Source of the DNA: Torpedo marmorata
Lineage: Eukaryota
Assembly (NCBI GenBank): GCA_977017645.1
Contig: OZ360232.1
Location: 54,436,001-54,500,000, forward strand
DNA: 64,000 bases
Direction of reading: 5' to 3'
Below are positions 61,719 through 64,000 of this stretch, in pieces. The notes under the pieces were generated by a model that saw only the letters and a list, made by a program, of their open reading frames with translations, was not told the origin of the DNA and made no database searches. How positions within the stretch are numbered: the first letter of the stretch is position 1; every line of letters begins with the position of its first letter. The position numbers were made by a program, and so were the translations under genes.

Positions 61719-62475
61719 AACATTTGCGCTCAACGTTAGCAAAACCAAGGAGATGATTGTGGACTTCAGGGGGAAGTCAGGGGAACACGACCCAGTCCTC
61801 ATCGAGGGCTCAGTTGTGGAGAGGGTCAAGAAATTCAAATTCCTGGGTGTCAACATCTCCGAGGATCTGTCCTGGAGCCTCTACATTGATGCAATCACAA
61901 AGGCGGCCAGTGGCTATGCAATCACAAAGGCGGCCAGTGGCTATACTTTGTGAGGTGTCTGAGGAGATTTGGTATGTCACCGAAGACTCTCGTAAACTTC
62001 TACAGGTGTAGCGTGGAGAGCATTCTGGCTGGTTGCATCACTGCCTGGTATGGAGGCGCCAACTCTCAGGACAAGAATAAACTCTAGAGGGTTGTTAACT
62101 CAGCCTGCGACATCACAGGCACCAGACTTCACTCCATCAAGGACATCTACATTAGGCGGTGTCTTAAAAATGCAGCCTCTATCCTCAAAGACCCCCACCA
62201 CCCAGGCCATGCCCTCTTCACTCTGCTACCATCGGGAAAAAGGTACAAGAGCCTAAAGACGAGCACTCAGCAGCACAAGGATAGCTTCTTCCCCACTGCC
62301 ATCAGATTCCTGAATAATCAATGAACCAAAGACAGCCTTACTTTTCGCGCACTATTATCTTTTTTTTTTAATATAGTAATGTCGCAAGATGGTAATAATA
62401 TGAATGTTTGCACTATGATGCTGCCGCAAAACACCGAATTTCATGACTTGTTCATGACAATAAATTCTGATTCTG
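61719..62475 (+). mobile_element. Rex1/Babar 3' fragment inserted in L1 ORF2
   Basis: atgtc TSD (61714-61718 / 62476-62480); LNVSKTKEMIVDFR; internal 27-bp duplication at 61889-61942. Confidence 0.92.
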
Positions 62476-64000
62476 ATGTCTAAAGTTAAATTGTCTCGTT
62501 TTTATTCAGATATAAATCCTCTATGTGACAAATGTAAAATTGGTGATGCTTCTTTGGTTCACATGTTTTGGACTTGCCCTAGTTTAGAAAAAAATTGGAA
62601 AGATATCTTTCAAACATTATCGGTGATTCTTAAGTTCAAATTAGAACCTTGCCCTTTAATTGCTCTATTCGGATCATTTCAAGATGATGTTTTACTGACT
62701 CCAACTCAAAACCGAATTTTATGTTTTACTTCATTGATTGCCAGACATGCAATTTTGATTAAATGGAAAGACAATACTCCACCTACACATAGGTTAAGTG
62801 ATATTATGTCTTGTTTAAGTTTAGAGAAAATTAGATATGCCATTAAAGAGTCAAATATTAACTTCCAAAAGACATGGGGCCCATTTATGGACTATTATCA
62901 TAACCTAAAGAATTAGGGTTGTTCTGAAGTTTTGGTGCTGTGCTGTCCATCTCCAGGTTGTTGTCACTTGATTCCTACGTGTTAGCTTTTAACCTTGCTT
63001 AGTGGTAGGGGTTTTGAATTATAAGGTTTTTTGGTTTTTTTTTTCTTCTTTCTTATCTTTTGAATTGTACATTACAATATATAACTGAACTGTTCAATTT
63101 TGCATAATATAAACATCAATAAAAATATTTTAAAAAGAAAAAGACAATTACTTGAGAAGCAAACCAAGCCTGAAAAAGACAGAAGAGATCATTGAAAATT
63201 CTCAGGAGTAGCAATCTGAGCAACAGAACGAACCAGCCAATGTTTTGCTGATCACAGAATGAACACCACATTTCAGTTTGAGATGTGGCATTTTGTGAAA
63301 ACAGCTTGCCTCTCCAATATCACTGAAGGATCTATACACAAGGTATTTCATGGCCTTCTTGAACTTAACACTTTTGAACAAATGCTAACAAACAAATCTT
63401 TTAAGCGTATTCAAAGTAATGCAGGGGTTCACAAATGACCATTAGTAAAGGTGCCAAGACAGAAGCGATTGAGAGGTAACTATCTGTGATGTGATTATTA
63501 AAGATGAAAAGCTCTTGGCAATCCTTCACTAATGCTTCTTCCACCCCACCATTAATTGTATTCCATGGCTTTAGCATTGTTGAATGATCTTTGAATAACA
63601 GCTTGAAACACAGATACAAACTTGATCTCGCAGACATCCAAGTCTACTTTAATGTATCTGGCTTCCTCATCAACATCTGGTTCAATTGACAATAAGGATG
63701 ACTGCATCCCCTTTTGTCAAAAACCCACCCCATAGCTCAATCCTGCAACTCTCATGTGAACAGATAGAAGCCTTGCCAAAACATAGTCAAGGTCTGAAAA
63801 GTATGCCTAAAAACCTTGGACTCTCTTAAAACACCCACTAGATATCCTTGCACTGGGATTTTGATGCAACTAGAAATGGGATTAAACTTCTTGGCTTCAG
63901 TTTATTACAATTCAAACCAAGTCTGGTCCTAATAAGGATATTAAGGAGCAAATGGGACAGTCACCTCAGACTCTTATCAGACAATATATGCACACTGGTT

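Larger units (their letters stand above)
58324..62916 (+). pseudogene. L1 ORF2 (APE endonuclease, RT, Cys-rich C-terminus), broken by stops, frameshifts and two insertions
   Basis: ADIVFLQETH, NVYAPN, TRIDYFL, LDAEKAFDRVEW, GCPLSPLLF, LYADD, CDKC...HMFWTC. Confidence 0.92.
56362..63142 (+). mobile_element. Full-length L1-clade LINE (5'UTR, ORF1, about 1-kb spacer, disrupted ORF2, 3'UTR, A-tail)
   Basis: 15-bp TSD gataattacttgaga (56347-56361) / gacaattacttgaga (63143-63157); AATAAA at 63118-63123. Confidence 0.93.

Overview
Vertebrate genomic DNA, most likely a cartilaginous fish (ray or shark), inferred from the repeat families present: HE1-like V-SINEs, elasmobranch-type CR1, Rex1/Babar, fish-type L1 and Penelope-derived short repeats. 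The whole window lies inside one gene on the minus strand, ANKHD1 (MASK1; ankyrin repeat and KH domain protein). I reconstructed 18 consecutive coding exons by hand (47637 down to 6473, 5234 nt) with phase-compatible splice sites. They cover the inter-ankyrin coiled-coil exon, the second ankyrin cluster, the Lys-rich region, the KH domain and the low-complexity C-terminal region. The 5' exons and the last exons were not found and probably lie outside the window. One intron is only in frame if a GC donor is used. The introns hold a dense, nested transposon record: two long inverted CR1 copies, several Rex1/Babar LINEs, a full-length L1 with TSD, three Chapaev3-like non-autonomous DNA transposons, hAT and Tc1/mariner-pogo MITEs, V-SINEs, and Penelope-derived elements with hammerhead-ribozyme-like cores. 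I found no prokaryotic-type system (no CRISPR, no operon) and cannot claim a new multi-gene system. The best leads are the palindromic hammerhead-like element, an unexplained 66-nt CpG-rich insert, a 5' leader shared by two CR1 copies, the Chapaev3 MITEs and a GC-rich non-autonomous retroelement.
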